DNA of 64,000 nucleotides from Candidatus Iainarchaeum sp. (GTDB lineage: Archaea > Iainarchaeota > Iainarchaeia > Iainarchaeales > JAXPJC01). The stretch lies in the NCBI GenBank assembly GCA_016187745.1, contig JACPJC010000007.1, positions 1 through 64,000 of the forward strand, in the 5' to 3' direction. The translations under genes and the position numbers were made by a program. The notes under the pieces were generated by a model that was not told where the DNA came from, ran no database searches, and worked only from the letters and a program-made list of their open reading frames with translations. Below are positions 1 through 8,989 of this stretch, in pieces (position 1 is the stretch's first letter; every line of letters begins with the position of its first letter).

Positions 1-759
1 AATTGCATTTGCTTTTACGGTGTCATTCCCTGAAAACAGGCTGAGCGCCATAAGCGCAAACGCATTCCCCCATACCGCGTGCGTTCCAATCTGCCCTGAG
101 CTATCCTGATGCGTAAGCAGCCAATTGAGCGCCCTTGCGGTCGAATCCTCAAGCGCCAAATCCACGGAAATTGCAGAATAATCCGCAACAGTGATTGTTG
201 CAGTTTTCTCGCCATTGTCTTTTTTTGCTTTAATTTCATAAGCGTCTTTTTTGAGCGTTAAGCTCTTGCTTAATGCGCCCTGCGCATTTGTGCTCCCAAT
301 GAGAATCCCATTCAGATAGATTTGCGCATTCTCAATCGCATTTGCACTTGAATCCTTCACATTCACCGTAAGTGAAGTATCGGAGGGCCAGTCGGAATAT
401 GCCATTTCAATTATTTCCCCGTCCGCAGGCACATATGCGCTTATCCCAACGGGCGCAAGCGCAGTGTAATTCGTCCAGAAGAGCCAGTATTCCGTTGCAG
501 AGCTTGCAATGCCGTTTATTGAATTAACATACCATCCAAAAGTTTCATTATACACCAAATCCAGATTTATCCCGTTGGAATTTGCAGCACTTGCAAATGC
601 GCTGAAGGCATTCGCATCATCCGCAAGAGCTATTGCCTGCGAAACATCAGCCCCCTGCCCCGCAGGGAAATTGTAAATAACAGTAACGGATTTTGCGGAA
701 GCAAAACCAAGCGCAAAAACCAGAAATATGCACAGGAGAATCTTAATCTGGGATAACAT
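1..759 (-). CDS. Secreted DUF4430 (transcobalamin-like) protein followed by a prenyltransferase/squalene-oxidase-like helical repeat; runs off window start
   Basis: Not in ORF track (no stop in window). Manual translation from ATG 759: MLSQIKILLCIFLVFALGFASA signal peptide; FGWYVNSINGI..EYWLFWTN..VGISAY..DGEII (DUF4430-like); ALNWLLTHQDSSGQIG..AFALMAL. Confidence 0.75.
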   Translation of the reverse strand, partial: MLSQIKILLCIFLVFALGFASAKSVTVIYNFPAGQGADVSQAIALADDANAFSAFASAANSNGINLDLVYNETFGWYVNSINGIASSATEYWLFWTNYTALAPVGISAYVPADGEIIEMAYSDWPSDTSLTVNVKDSSANAIENAQIYLNGILIGSTNAQGALSKSLTLKKDAYEIKAKKDNGEKTATITVADYSAISVDLALEDSTARALNWLLTHQDSSGQIGTHAVWGNAFALMALSLFSGNDTVKANAI

Positions 760-821
760 ATCCCAAATTATATGCCATCGGATTTTTAAACATATGTGCG
801 GAGCGGGGCAAATAAGTTTCA

Positions 822-1730
822 GTGGAAATCTACTCCCGAAAGACATTAAAAGGGAAAATTGATAATTTAAGTATGACTGGCTATCTTATAGATTTAAATC
901 TACTTGATGACAAAACAGACACAAAATCAACATCTTTACATGCGAAAATAGATAATTTGGGCTTTACAGATATAGACTCAGCTAAGGTGAATATGCACAA
1001 CTATTCGGCTGATTCTGTATCAGGCTGGCTCAAAGGGGAGTATCCAATTCCTATAAGGGTATTACGTAGCCCAAATAGCATGAAAAATAGGATAGAATAT
1101 CTGTGCTGTAAGGCCTCCCTGCATAAAGTGAAACTCCCAAAGCTTGATTATAATTTAAGTTATTTTTTAGGCGTGATTTTTGGGGATGGGCATGTTCGTA
1201 ATCATTTCAGAAAAAAAGGTTATAGGTATTTTGAAATTGCCATTCAGAAGAAAAGAACACAATATTCTGAATTTATTCTCCCAATGCTAATTGAAAGCAT
1301 CTTTGGCATAAGACCTCGAAAGCACATTCGCAAAAATGATAAAAACATAATTACTCTCAGCATTAATTCAAAAATTATATCCAGGTTACTTACAAATATT
1401 TTTAGTTTTTCATATGGTAAAAAATCAGCCAAAACAATTGACATAATCAAAGAATTACCAAGAAGTTTGCAATTGGGCTTCGTTGCAGGCTTATTTGATA
1501 CGGATGGCGGAGTTTGTTGGAATTCTTATTCGTTTTGCAATTCATCTAAAAAGGCCGTTCTATTTGTTAGAGATATTCTATCCAAGGAAGGCATTTTAAC
1601 AAAACTTTACCCGCAGAAAAATGGGAAATTCAAATGGTATCAGGTTTACATAATAAAAAAGGACAAAGAAAAATTCCTCAAATTATTGTCTCTTAAAAAT
1701 AAAAGCAAATATGCCACGGGCGAGATTTGA
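822..1730 (+). CDS. Free-standing double-motif LAGLIDADG homing-endonuclease-like protein
   Basis: Motifs SYFLGVIFGDGHV and GFVAGLFDTDGGV; AT-rich; start uncertain; stop lies within the antisense tRNA-Met 3' end. Confidence 0.85.
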   Translation: MEIYSRKTLKGKIDNLSMTGYLIDLNLLDDKTDTKSTSLHAKIDNLGFTDIDSAKVNMHNYSADSVSGWLKGEYPIPIRVLRSPNSMKNRIEYLCCKASLHKVKLPKLDYNLSYFLGVIFGDGHVRNHFRKKGYRYFEIAIQKKRTQYSEFILPMLIESIFGIRPRKHIRKNDKNIITLSINSKIISRLLTNIFSFSYGKKSAKTIDIIKELPRSLQLGFVAGLFDTDGGVCWNSYSFCNSSKKAVLFVRDILSKEGILTKLYPQKNGKFKWYQVYIIKKDKEKFLKLLSLKNKSKYATGEI

Positions 1731-1835
1731 GCTCGCGACCCCTACATATCCCAAACCTGGAAGGTTTATGAGTATCACCCCGGCATCAAAATATTTAGCC
1801 GGCGTAGTGCTCTAACCAGGCTGAGCTACCGTGGC
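1712..1835 (-). tRNA. tRNA-Met(CAT), elongator-like, with two introns (30/31: 1774-1803; 37/38: 1748-1766)
   Basis: Acceptor GCCACGG/CCGTGGC-A; spliced anticodon arm CTACA-CTCATAA-TGTAG; strict BHB at intron 1, relaxed BHB at intron 2. Confidence 0.9.
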
Positions 1836-1933
1836 AATAAGGGCATAATGCCCTTATCAACCCCAAGCTTGCCAGTCCTTGAGTTGATAATGTAATAACT
1901 AAAACCAAGAAGGCATAAAAAGGTTGAGTTTTG

Positions 1934-2596
1934 CTATGCAAGCCGGCTCTTCACTTCAATTGCGTGGTTGTGCAGCAGAATGCGGTCCGCGTATCCGATA
2001 AAAAGCCCTGTTTCCAGAACCCCCGGAATTTTTCTTCCCTGGTAATCCAGGTCCTCATGGGAATAAATCTCATCCACTTCCACATCAATTATGTAGTTTC
2101 CGCTCTCTGTTTTGAATGGAACTTCCTTAACCTTGCGCAGTTTTGCCCTTCCAAGGGTCTGCAATTGCAAAAGGGTGCGCTTCCACCCGAAAGGGCAGAC
2201 CTCAAAGGGAATTTCCCCGTGCAGTTTCTTCACAAAATCCTCCTTTCGCGCGATAACAACAAGCACATTAGCAAACTGCGCAATCATTTTGTCCCGCACC
2301 AATGAATTCGTGCTGCGCTTTATGTAATTGTAGTGCTCATCAACCTGCTCAACAAACTCAAATGCGATGTCCGGATTCACATCATTTATGCTCGCGGATT
2401 GCAGGCCAAATTCGTGCATGAGCGCCGCGATTTTAACGGAAGTTGGAATTACGCTTATTTGGAGGGTTTCATGCTCAATTCTCAATGCCAATTTTTTGAG
2501 AAAGACATCCGCCAAATCTGCTGTTCCAAAAGCAACAACCTGCCTGTCATTTATGTATTTCTTCACAAGCTCTTCAATTATGTCGGAATTAAGCAT
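1934..2596 (-). CDS. rpiA: Ribose-5-phosphate isomerase A (divergent)
   Basis: IPTS, YIKR..SLVRDKMIA, IPFEVCPFGW, PFKTESGNYIID, IPGVLETGLF; several canonical Gly/Asp positions are altered. Confidence 0.85.
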   Translation of the reverse strand: MLNSDIIEELVKKYINDRQVVAFGTADLADVFLKKLALRIEHETLQISVIPTSVKIAALMHEFGLQSASINDVNPDIAFEFVEQVDEHYNYIKRSTNSLVRDKMIAQFANVLVVIARKEDFVKKLHGEIPFEVCPFGWKRTLLQLQTLGRAKLRKVKEVPFKTESGNYIIDVEVDEIYSHEDLDYQGRKIPGVLETGLFIGYADRILLHNHAIEVKSRLA

Positions 2597-2660
2597 GTTT
2601 TCCTATCCTATTATAAATTCCGGGTTTATAATTGTTCTCTTCATTGGCCGGCATTTTTGG

Positions 2661-2709
2661 GAAAAAAAAAACAAACAGGAAAAGCCATGGAAAAGCCCGG
2701 GGGGGCTTT
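2661..2709 (-). terminator. Hairpin plus T-tract terminator candidate downstream of 2745..3257
   Basis: Minus strand AAAGCCC-ccc-GGGCTTT followed by long T runs. Confidence 0.45.
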
Positions 2710-2744
2710 GCGAAGCAAGAGAGTTAATTTGGAACCTGCAGGCT

Positions 2745-3257
2745 TCAGCCCTTTTTAAAAGCGCTGAATTCCCCTATGAGCCCGAATTCCTTGTTCAGGA
2801 CAAAGGTTCCCTTTAGCTGGTCTGTTGTAAATGTAGAGCTGAACTCCATTCCTGACAATGAAGCCGTAAATTGCGCGCGCGAACCCCCGACAGTTCCTGA
2901 TATTGCGCCCATTGCATTCTCTCCCGCCGGCCAGCTTCCGCATGCGCCTTCAGTCTTTTCGGTCAATTTTGTTTGTGTAAGCCACCAGGAGCCCTGCAGC
3001 TGATTTCCGCTTTGCTTCAAATCAAACCTGAATGTCCCTTCAAAGAAGCATACCGGGCTTCCTATGTTGTCATGCCAGGTGGCTCTCCCTTCCCAGTTTC
3101 CAGTTAAATTCCGCGCAGGGCTTAATCCCCCAAAATCAATATTCCCCAACCTGATATCAATAATCCCTAAAATTTGGAGGGTCATCACAATTAATACCGC
3201 TATAACTATTATAAGGGGCAAAATTGCACCGGCCGTCAAGCCCTTTTCATCCTGCAC
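2745..3257 (-). CDS. Membrane-anchored beta-rich surface protein with class III (prepilin-like) signal
   Basis: MQDEKG|LTAGAILPLIIVIAVLIV; beta-strand-rich body (LTGNWEG) with two Cys. Confidence 0.6.
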   Translation of the reverse strand: MQDEKGLTAGAILPLIIVIAVLIVMTLQILGIIDIRLGNIDFGGLSPARNLTGNWEGRATWHDNIGSPVCFFEGTFRFDLKQSGNQLQGSWWLTQTKLTEKTEGACGSWPAGENAMGAISGTVGGSRAQFTASLSGMEFSSTFTTDQLKGTFVLNKEFGLIGEFSAFKKG

Positions 3258-3355
3258 ATAACTATGAATAAAAACGAAGTATATAAGACTATCTTCCGGA
3301 TGAAAAAATTACGGAATTGCAGGGGGAATGCAAAAGCGGGATTTATATGCTTCTT

Positions 3356-3871
3356 TTAAATGGAATCCTCATGCACAATATCTTTCATGCTTCTGCGCTC
3401 CGTAGCAAAGGGAATTTCCTTTGCGTAAGCAACCGGCATTATGCACGCAACCTTCATATTTTTTTCTGCGCGGATTATTTCCGCGATTTTCCCCTCATCA
3501 AATGCGCCAATCCAGCAGGTGCACAAGCCAAGCGCTGTTGCAGCAAGCTGCGCATATGATGCAGCAATAGCTGCGTCCTGAATTGCATACAATTCCTTTC
3601 CGCGCGCCCCGTAACTTGCATTCCTTTCAGGGCTTGAAACAAAAACCAAAACAACAGGCGCATTTGCAATAAACTGCTGGTGCGCCACATCCGCAATCTT
3701 TTTCTTTTTCTCAGCGCCCTTCACAACAACAATCTCATAAGCCTGCCTGTTGCCCGCGCTCGGGGCGGAATTAATTGCAAGGAGCAATTTGCCAAGTGTT
3801 TGCTCCGCAATCGGCTTATCCCTGTAGGCGCGCACTGAATGCCTTTCTGAAAGAACCCTGAAAAAGTCCAT
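3356..3871 (-). CDS. Nitroreductase family protein
   Basis: RHSVRAY, APSAGNRQ, ALGLCTCWIGAF. Confidence 0.92.
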   Translation of the reverse strand: MDFFRVLSERHSVRAYRDKPIAEQTLGKLLLAINSAPSAGNRQAYEIVVVKGAEKKKKIADVAHQQFIANAPVVLVFVSSPERNASYGARGKELYAIQDAAIAASYAQLAATALGLCTCWIGAFDEGKIAEIIRAEKNMKVACIMPVAYAKEIPFATERRSMKDIVHEDSI

Positions 3872-3911
3872 GCAATATAATTTAGGGAAAGTAGTATTAA
3901 AGTTTTCGGCT

Positions 3912-4271
3912 TCATGCCTTTAGCGCGCTTGCAATTGCAGTCTTTTTTGTTTTTCCTTCAGTATCAAGTTCAGCATAAAATTTTATGAGCTCAAGTTCCA
4001 ATGCCATCAGCTTCTGCACAAATGCGCTTTTCTCATTCAGCTTATAGAGTTTTGTTTTCCCAAATCTCCGCGTTTCTTTCACAATTCCAAGCCGCACTAA
4101 TTTTTCCCACAATCCAAACAAGCTTCCCCAACTAGTGTTTGCGGACCTGCAGAGCTCAGTCTTGCTGTAATCCAAGCCCCGGTTCTCAACCAGAAAATCC
4201 AGTATCCTGATAAGCGGATAATCGCCAAAAAACTCAATCAATACCGATTTGTTTTCTTCCATACGGTCCAT
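3912..4271 (-). CDS. Winged-helix DNA-binding protein
   Basis: RILDFL..YSKTELCR..LVRLGIVKETRRFGKTKLYKLN wHTH pattern. Confidence 0.75.
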   Translation of the reverse strand: MDRMEENKSVLIEFFGDYPLIRILDFLVENRGLDYSKTELCRSANTSWGSLFGLWEKLVRLGIVKETRRFGKTKLYKLNEKSAFVQKLMALELELIKFYAELDTEGKTKKTAIASALKA

Positions 4272-4394
4272 TATCTATTGAATATAGAGCCATTTATATA
4301 TCTGATTGTTCAATAGTCAATTAAATGACTATTACCTTCACCGGCGATTTGGTCTAGAAAGTATTTAAAGTTGTATTTCCGCACTTTCCATAAA

Positions 4395-4661
4395 ATGGAT
4401 GAAGAAGAGTTAAAGGCAAGGATATTGCACAAATTGACCAGGCATAGGCTGTGGAAAGGGAAACACACAGCATTTGAAAACCTCCAGAAAGGACTGCCAT
4501 CACATCTTGGAAATGAGGCTAAAAAAATTGCAAACTGGCTAATCAAAGAAAATTTCATCCTATGCAAGCCAACTAACTATGGCTTGCAAGTTTCGCTGAA
4601 TCCGGGAAGGAAAAAGGAGATAATTGAAATTATTGAGAAGTATTTCGCAGAGGAGTTCTGA
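4395..4661 (+). CDS. Small hypothetical protein, divergent from the wHTH gene
   Basis: ORF 4371..4661 with probable ATG start at MDEEELK; ends next to the tRNA-Thr 3' end. Confidence 0.6.
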   Translation: MDEEELKARILHKLTRHRLWKGKHTAFENLQKGLPSHLGNEAKKIANWLIKENFILCKPTNYGLQVSLNPGRKKEIIEIIEKYFAEEF

Positions 4662-4674
4662 AATCATTTCTAAA

Positions 4675-4747
4675 AGCCCTGGGGGAGAATTGCACTCCCG
4701 ACCTATTCCTTACCAAGGAATTGCTCTGCTGACTGAGCCACCAGGGC
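4675..4747 (-). tRNA. tRNA-Thr(GGT)
   Basis: GCCCTGG/CCAGGGC acceptor; anticodon arm ATTCC-TTGGTAA-GGAAT. Confidence 0.9.
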
Positions 4748-4801
4748 ACAGATAAATTTTAACCAAAAAAAAGTTTATATAGGGATGCTTGCCCCGCCGG
4801 A

Positions 4802-6076
4802 TCATTCCACAATCTTCACTATCTTTTCCAATTCGCTCAGCTTAATGTTCTGCTGCTTCCCAGTGCACATGTCGCGCAAAGTGATTTCCTTGTTCTTCAG
4901 CTCATCCTCGCCGATTATAACAGCATATGGCACATTCAGCTTGTTGGCAGTGGCCAGCACTTTCCCCAGCCTTCCTGCAACAAGGTTCATCCTTGTGTTT
5001 ATTCCCAGTTCCCTCAACCTCTGCGCAACCTCCATTGCCGCAATGACAATCTTCTCATCATCCCCCACATTAATTACAAAAACCTCTGTTAGCTCAGGAA
5101 GCTTTATTTTCTCCTCTGCAACATCCAATATCCTGTCAATCCCAAAGCTTATCCCTACCGCAGGAGTCGGGGCGCCCCCATAATTCTCAATCAGCCTGTC
5201 AAATCTCCCCCCCGCGGCGCAGCTCCACTTTCCCGAGCAAATGACCTCATACACACTTCCCGTGTAGTATTCCAATCCCCGCGCAAGCGACAAATCAATT
5301 TTTACATATTTTCCTATTCCAAGTTTCCCAAGCAGCTCAAGCAATTTTCTCATTTCATCCAATACGGACAGATCCGCATTGCTCTTTTTCAGAAGTTTTT
5401 CAGCATCATCCAAATCGTTTTTCTTTACAACCCCAACAATCTGCGCATTTATGTTTTTCCCAGCAAGCTCCTTTTCAACCCCTTCCCAGCCAATCTTATC
5501 CAGCTTGTCAATGCTCCTGAAGGCATCATTTATCCGCGCCTTTTCAACCCCGCATGAAAGCGCAATCTCCTCAAGCAATCTCCTGTTATTTATTTTTATG
5601 TAGAATTCAACCCCCAATTTTCTGAAAATATCAACAGTTATTTGCAAAATTTCAAGCTCCCCCGCATTCCCCCTAACCCCTATAATATCCACATCAGCCT
5701 GCGTGAATTCCCTGTAGCGGGAAGTAGTTGGCTTGTCATACCTGTATGCAGTTCCAATCTGATAGCGCCTGAATAGTGGATTCAAAAGCTGCGGGCTGTT
5801 TGCAACAATGCGCGCAAGCGGAACAGTCAAATCAAAGCGCAATCCCAGTTCCCTGCCGCTTTTGTCCTTGAAGTAATAAAGCTCCTCCTTTATTGCCTCT
5901 CCGGCGCTGCCTTTTGCCGCAAGCAAATCAAAATATTCAACAACAGGGGTCTGCACTGGCGCGAACCCATAGCGCTCAAAAACGCCCCTGCACAAATCCT
6001 CAATGTACTGCTTCTTGCGCATCCTTTCAGGCATATAATCCTGCATGCCCTTTACAGTTTGGAATTTTTCGCTCAT
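4802..6076 (-). CDS. hisS: Histidine--tRNA ligase
   Basis: VKGMQD, LRFDLTVPLAR, YREFTQADVD, LARGLEYYTG, GGRFD, AVGISFGIDR; start reassigned to MSEKFQ because the upstream extension is the tRNA-His gene. Confidence 0.97.
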   Translation of the reverse strand: MSEKFQTVKGMQDYMPERMRKKQYIEDLCRGVFERYGFAPVQTPVVEYFDLLAAKGSAGEAIKEELYYFKDKSGRELGLRFDLTVPLARIVANSPQLLNPLFRRYQIGTAYRYDKPTTSRYREFTQADVDIIGVRGNAGELEILQITVDIFRKLGVEFYIKINNRRLLEEIALSCGVEKARINDAFRSIDKLDKIGWEGVEKELAGKNINAQIVGVVKKNDLDDAEKLLKKSNADLSVLDEMRKLLELLGKLGIGKYVKIDLSLARGLEYYTGSVYEVICSGKWSCAAGGRFDRLIENYGGAPTPAVGISFGIDRILDVAEEKIKLPELTEVFVINVGDDEKIVIAAMEVAQRLRELGINTRMNLVAGRLGKVLATANKLNVPYAVIIGEDELKNKEITLRDMCTGKQQNIKLSELEKIVKIVE

Positions 6077-6101
6077 ATTCCGTTCTCCGATTTCCCAAAA
6101 G

Positions 6102-6175
6102 GGCCGCGGCCGAGATTCGGACTCGGGTCTAGGGCTCCACAGGCCCCAATGCTGGACCACTGCACCACCGCAGCC
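6102..6175 (-). tRNA. tRNA-His(GTG) with encoded G-1
   Basis: G-GCTGCGG/CCGCGGC-C; anticodon arm GGGGC-CTGTGGA-GCCCT. Confidence 0.92.
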
Positions 6176-6390
6176 ATTAAGCTTTTTTGAAACTTTGATA
6201 AGTAGGAATAAGGGGAATAAAATGCTTTTGGAAGCGCCTTCGCAGCGCCAAATAAATCAGGATAAGCGCGGCTATCCGCAGCAGCAACAGCCTTTCTTTT
6301 TCTTTCCGCCAATGTGAAGGCAATCACTTTCCATAAGAATCAATATTATTTGTGCGCGAAAGCATTTAAATATGTTTTGCTATGCGCGCA

Positions 6391-6714
6391 TCAAATTAAG
6401 CGCCTGCCTGTAGTGCGCTTGAAAGGCCCCCTGTGTTCTGTGAGAAAAGCCCATGCGCTTTTGCCTGTCATTTTCACCAGCCTGCATCTGCCTCTTTCGT
6501 CGCGCCTCACATGGCTGTTCCAGATTTTTTTTATTTTCGGACTTGTAAATTTTTCAATAAACTCAAAATTCCCTCTATCAATCCTCATGGGCCCGCTTTC
6601 CATTTGCTTCAAATATACCCTTGCAATGCTGTCTGCCATGTATTGGTCATTAACCATATCATGGGCCTCAAAAGCGGCTTCCATGAGTTTTTTGCCGCTC
6701 TTCTGTTCAGTCAT
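6391..6714 (-). CDS. Hypothetical basic protein
   Basis: 107-aa ATG ORF in an intergenic gap with AT-rich upstream region. Confidence 0.5.
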   Translation of the reverse strand: MTEQKSGKKLMEAAFEAHDMVNDQYMADSIARVYLKQMESGPMRIDRGNFEFIEKFTSPKIKKIWNSHVRRDERGRCRLVKMTGKSAWAFLTEHRGPFKRTTGRRLI

Positions 6715-6808
6715 AAGTAATTTGCGCCTTTAGTATATTTAAGCATTCCTGCCCCATCCCCCATCAAAAATATTAAATATAACAATTATGTAATAGCTTA
6801 CAGAAAAC

Positions 6809-7264
6809 ATGGCTTGGGAATTCCAGATAGTGCATTTCCTGCATCTGGTCTTTATAATATGGGGCGTTGGCGGCGCAACCATTTCAACCATCCTGATGCT
6901 CAAGGCGGAGAAAGAGCCCGCGCTCATGCCGAGCGCAATGAAATTCCTTGGCAGCATCTCAAAGCTGATTTGGATTGCAATAATAGGGCTGATTATAACA
7001 GGTATTATTTCAGCGGCAATGGGCGCAGGAAAAAATTACTATGACCCGACAATCCTCTCAATAAAGCACATAGTTGTTGCGCTGATTATCATCCTCGGCG
7101 CAAACATAAGCCTCAGGCTTGTGCCAAAAATGAGAAAAATTTCCCCGGCCCCTGGAAGCGCGCCAAGCCCGGAATTCCTGAAAACCAAAACGCACATGAA
7201 AATAGAGGCGGCATTCTCGCTTGTTTTATGGTATGTGGTTGTGGCGTTGAGCGTAATCATGTAA
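6809..7264 (+). CDS. Four-TM membrane protein (CopD/DUF2269-like)
   Basis: FLHLVFIIWGVGG; four hydrophobic helices; LSIKH. Confidence 0.65.
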   Translation: MAWEFQIVHFLHLVFIIWGVGGATISTILMLKAEKEPALMPSAMKFLGSISKLIWIAIIGLIITGIISAAMGAGKNYYDPTILSIKHIVVALIIILGANISLRLVPKMRKISPAPGSAPSPEFLKTKTHMKIEAAFSLVLWYVVVALSVIM

Positions 7265-7303
7265 TTTTATATACCTGAATGCGCCTTATTATCACTGAGA
7301 AAA

Positions 7304-8785
7304 ATGGCTGCTGAAGTCCTCCCCCTTACAACAATCGGCATAATAATTGTAATTGCAATAGCGCTCAGCATCCTGGTAAAAAAACTGAATTTGAATCCGG
7401 TTCTCGGCTTCATTATTGCGGGCTTTTTACTGGGGCCTTTTGCGCTCGGCTTTCTGCACCCCACAGAGGCGCTTGTTGTGGGCTTCGGGGAAATAGGGCT
7501 GTTCATACTGCTGTTCTATTTGGGGCTGGAGCTCTCGCTCAAGGATTTTATTGCAGCAGGAAGCGCTGCATTCGGCCTTGCGCTGATTGACATGGCTGCG
7601 CTTATAGGGATAGGTATTGCTGTTGCATATCTCTTCGGGTTTTCAATACTGTTCTCAGTTATTGTGGGCTTCATGCTATTTTCAACAAGCACTGCGATTG
7701 TTGCAAAATTCGCGATTGATAAAGGCATAATAAAGCAGTATCCTGTAAGGCTTGCAATTTCAATTCTCATCCTCCAGGATTTCCTCGGAATTCTTCTTTT
7801 GGTGTTTGTGACAAGCCTTTCTGCAGCGGGCTCAACGCTCTACCTTGCGCTTACTGCGCTTGTATTTGCTGTTGCGGCTTTCTTTGCCGTTTACCAGTTA
7901 TCCCAGGCGGTTGAAAAATGGCTTGCGAAAAACGGCTTCGGCCATGTGGAAATGAGCCTGTATGCATTGGGGATAGGCATGGTTGTAGCAACATTGGGGA
8001 GTGTTTTGGGGCTTTCAACAGCGCTGGGCGCATACTTCGCGGGATTTGCGCTTGCAGAAACGCGCGCAGGCCATAAAATAAAAAGCGACATAAATTTCCT
8101 CAGGGATTTCTTCCTTGTTTTCTTTTTCGTTTCCTTCGGCACAACAATATTCTTCAGCAAGGCAGCGAACAGCATAATAATCCCCTCATTTGAGGCGCTT
8201 GCGTTCCTTGGCGCAATTGCACTAATACTTGCAATAGGCATAATTGCGGTAAATGGGGTAATATTCAATATTTTCGGCCCACTATTCAGGCTAGCAAGGA
8301 AGGATGCTGCGATTACCGCGCTGCTGCTTGTTCCTCTCGGGGAGTTTGTTGTGATAATAGCGAACAGCGCCTCCCAGGTGCTTCCGGGCATTGAATCCGG
8401 CTATATTTCAGTAATGGGATTCCTGCTGATTGCAATTACTGTAATACTGTTCGTTCCGCTCTTCAATTCAATAAGCCTCTACAGGAGGCTCCTTGGCCTT
8501 CTGCCGGAAATATTCCCTGAGAGAAAGGAAAAGGCCCTCCCCCCAAAGCACACGCCCCACACAATCGCGCAGCTGAAATTATTTGCGCTGAACGCATTTG
8601 TTGTCGCATGCCTTGCGGTAATGGCCTTTGTGCTTTACACCGCGCTCCCGCGCTTCGGCGTTCCGATAATTTTCAGCAGGGAAGTCACAGCAATAATCGG
8701 ATTTGTGCTCTTCGCATTCGTTCCCGGATACAAGGCGCTAAAAGCCGCAAGGAATGTTTTAAGGCACGCGATAAAAAGCAGATGA
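7304..8785 (+). CDS. CPA2/Kef-type cation:proton antiporter
   Basis: GFIIAGFLLGP, LLFYLGLE, STSTAIVAK, LILQD, LGAYFAG, RDFFLVFFF. Confidence 0.92.
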   Translation: MAAEVLPLTTIGIIIVIAIALSILVKKLNLNPVLGFIIAGFLLGPFALGFLHPTEALVVGFGEIGLFILLFYLGLELSLKDFIAAGSAAFGLALIDMAALIGIGIAVAYLFGFSILFSVIVGFMLFSTSTAIVAKFAIDKGIIKQYPVRLAISILILQDFLGILLLVFVTSLSAAGSTLYLALTALVFAVAAFFAVYQLSQAVEKWLAKNGFGHVEMSLYALGIGMVVATLGSVLGLSTALGAYFAGFALAETRAGHKIKSDINFLRDFFLVFFFVSFGTTIFFSKAANSIIIPSFEALAFLGAIALILAIGIIAVNGVIFNIFGPLFRLARKDAAITALLLVPLGEFVVIIANSASQVLPGIESGYISVMGFLLIAITVILFVPLFNSISLYRRLLGLLPEIFPERKEKALPPKHTPHTIAQLKLFALNAFVVACLAVMAFVLYTALPRFGVPIIFSREVTAIIGFVLFAFVPGYKALKAARNVLRHAIKSR

Positions 8786-8819
8786 TGAAACTTATTTTTC
8801 TTTTGGGATAAAACCTAGA

Positions 8820-8844
8820 CCTTTTCTTTTCCTAAAAGAAAAGG
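8820..8844. terminator. Perfect 11-bp hairpin between convergent antiporter and tRNA-Leu genes
   Basis: CCTTTTCTTTT-cct-AAAAGAAAAGG. Confidence 0.55.
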
Positions 8845-8847
8845 GAT

Positions 8848-8935
8848 TGGTGCACGGGGGCGGATTTGAACCGCCGAAAGCCACTAAGGCAGCAGGCCCT
8901 GAACCTGCCGGAATTGACCGCTATCCGACCCGTGC
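8848..8935 (-). tRNA. tRNA-Leu(CAG), CCA encoded
   Basis: GCACGGG/CCCGTGC-ACCA; anticodon arm GCAGG-TTCAGGG-CCTGC; long variable arm. Confidence 0.93.
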
Positions 8936-8989
8936 GCAATATAACTTCTGAAGCAAAGTATATATAGTAGTTTTCTTATAATTACAACG

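Noticed and set aside
785-821. Possible att duplication of the tRNA-Met 3' end upstream of the LAGLIDADG gene
   Set aside because: Only a few matching bases and no integrase in the window
6077-6160. N-terminal extension of the hisS ORF and ORF 6073..6327
   Set aside because: These read through the tRNA-His gene; HisRS homology starts at MSEKFQ
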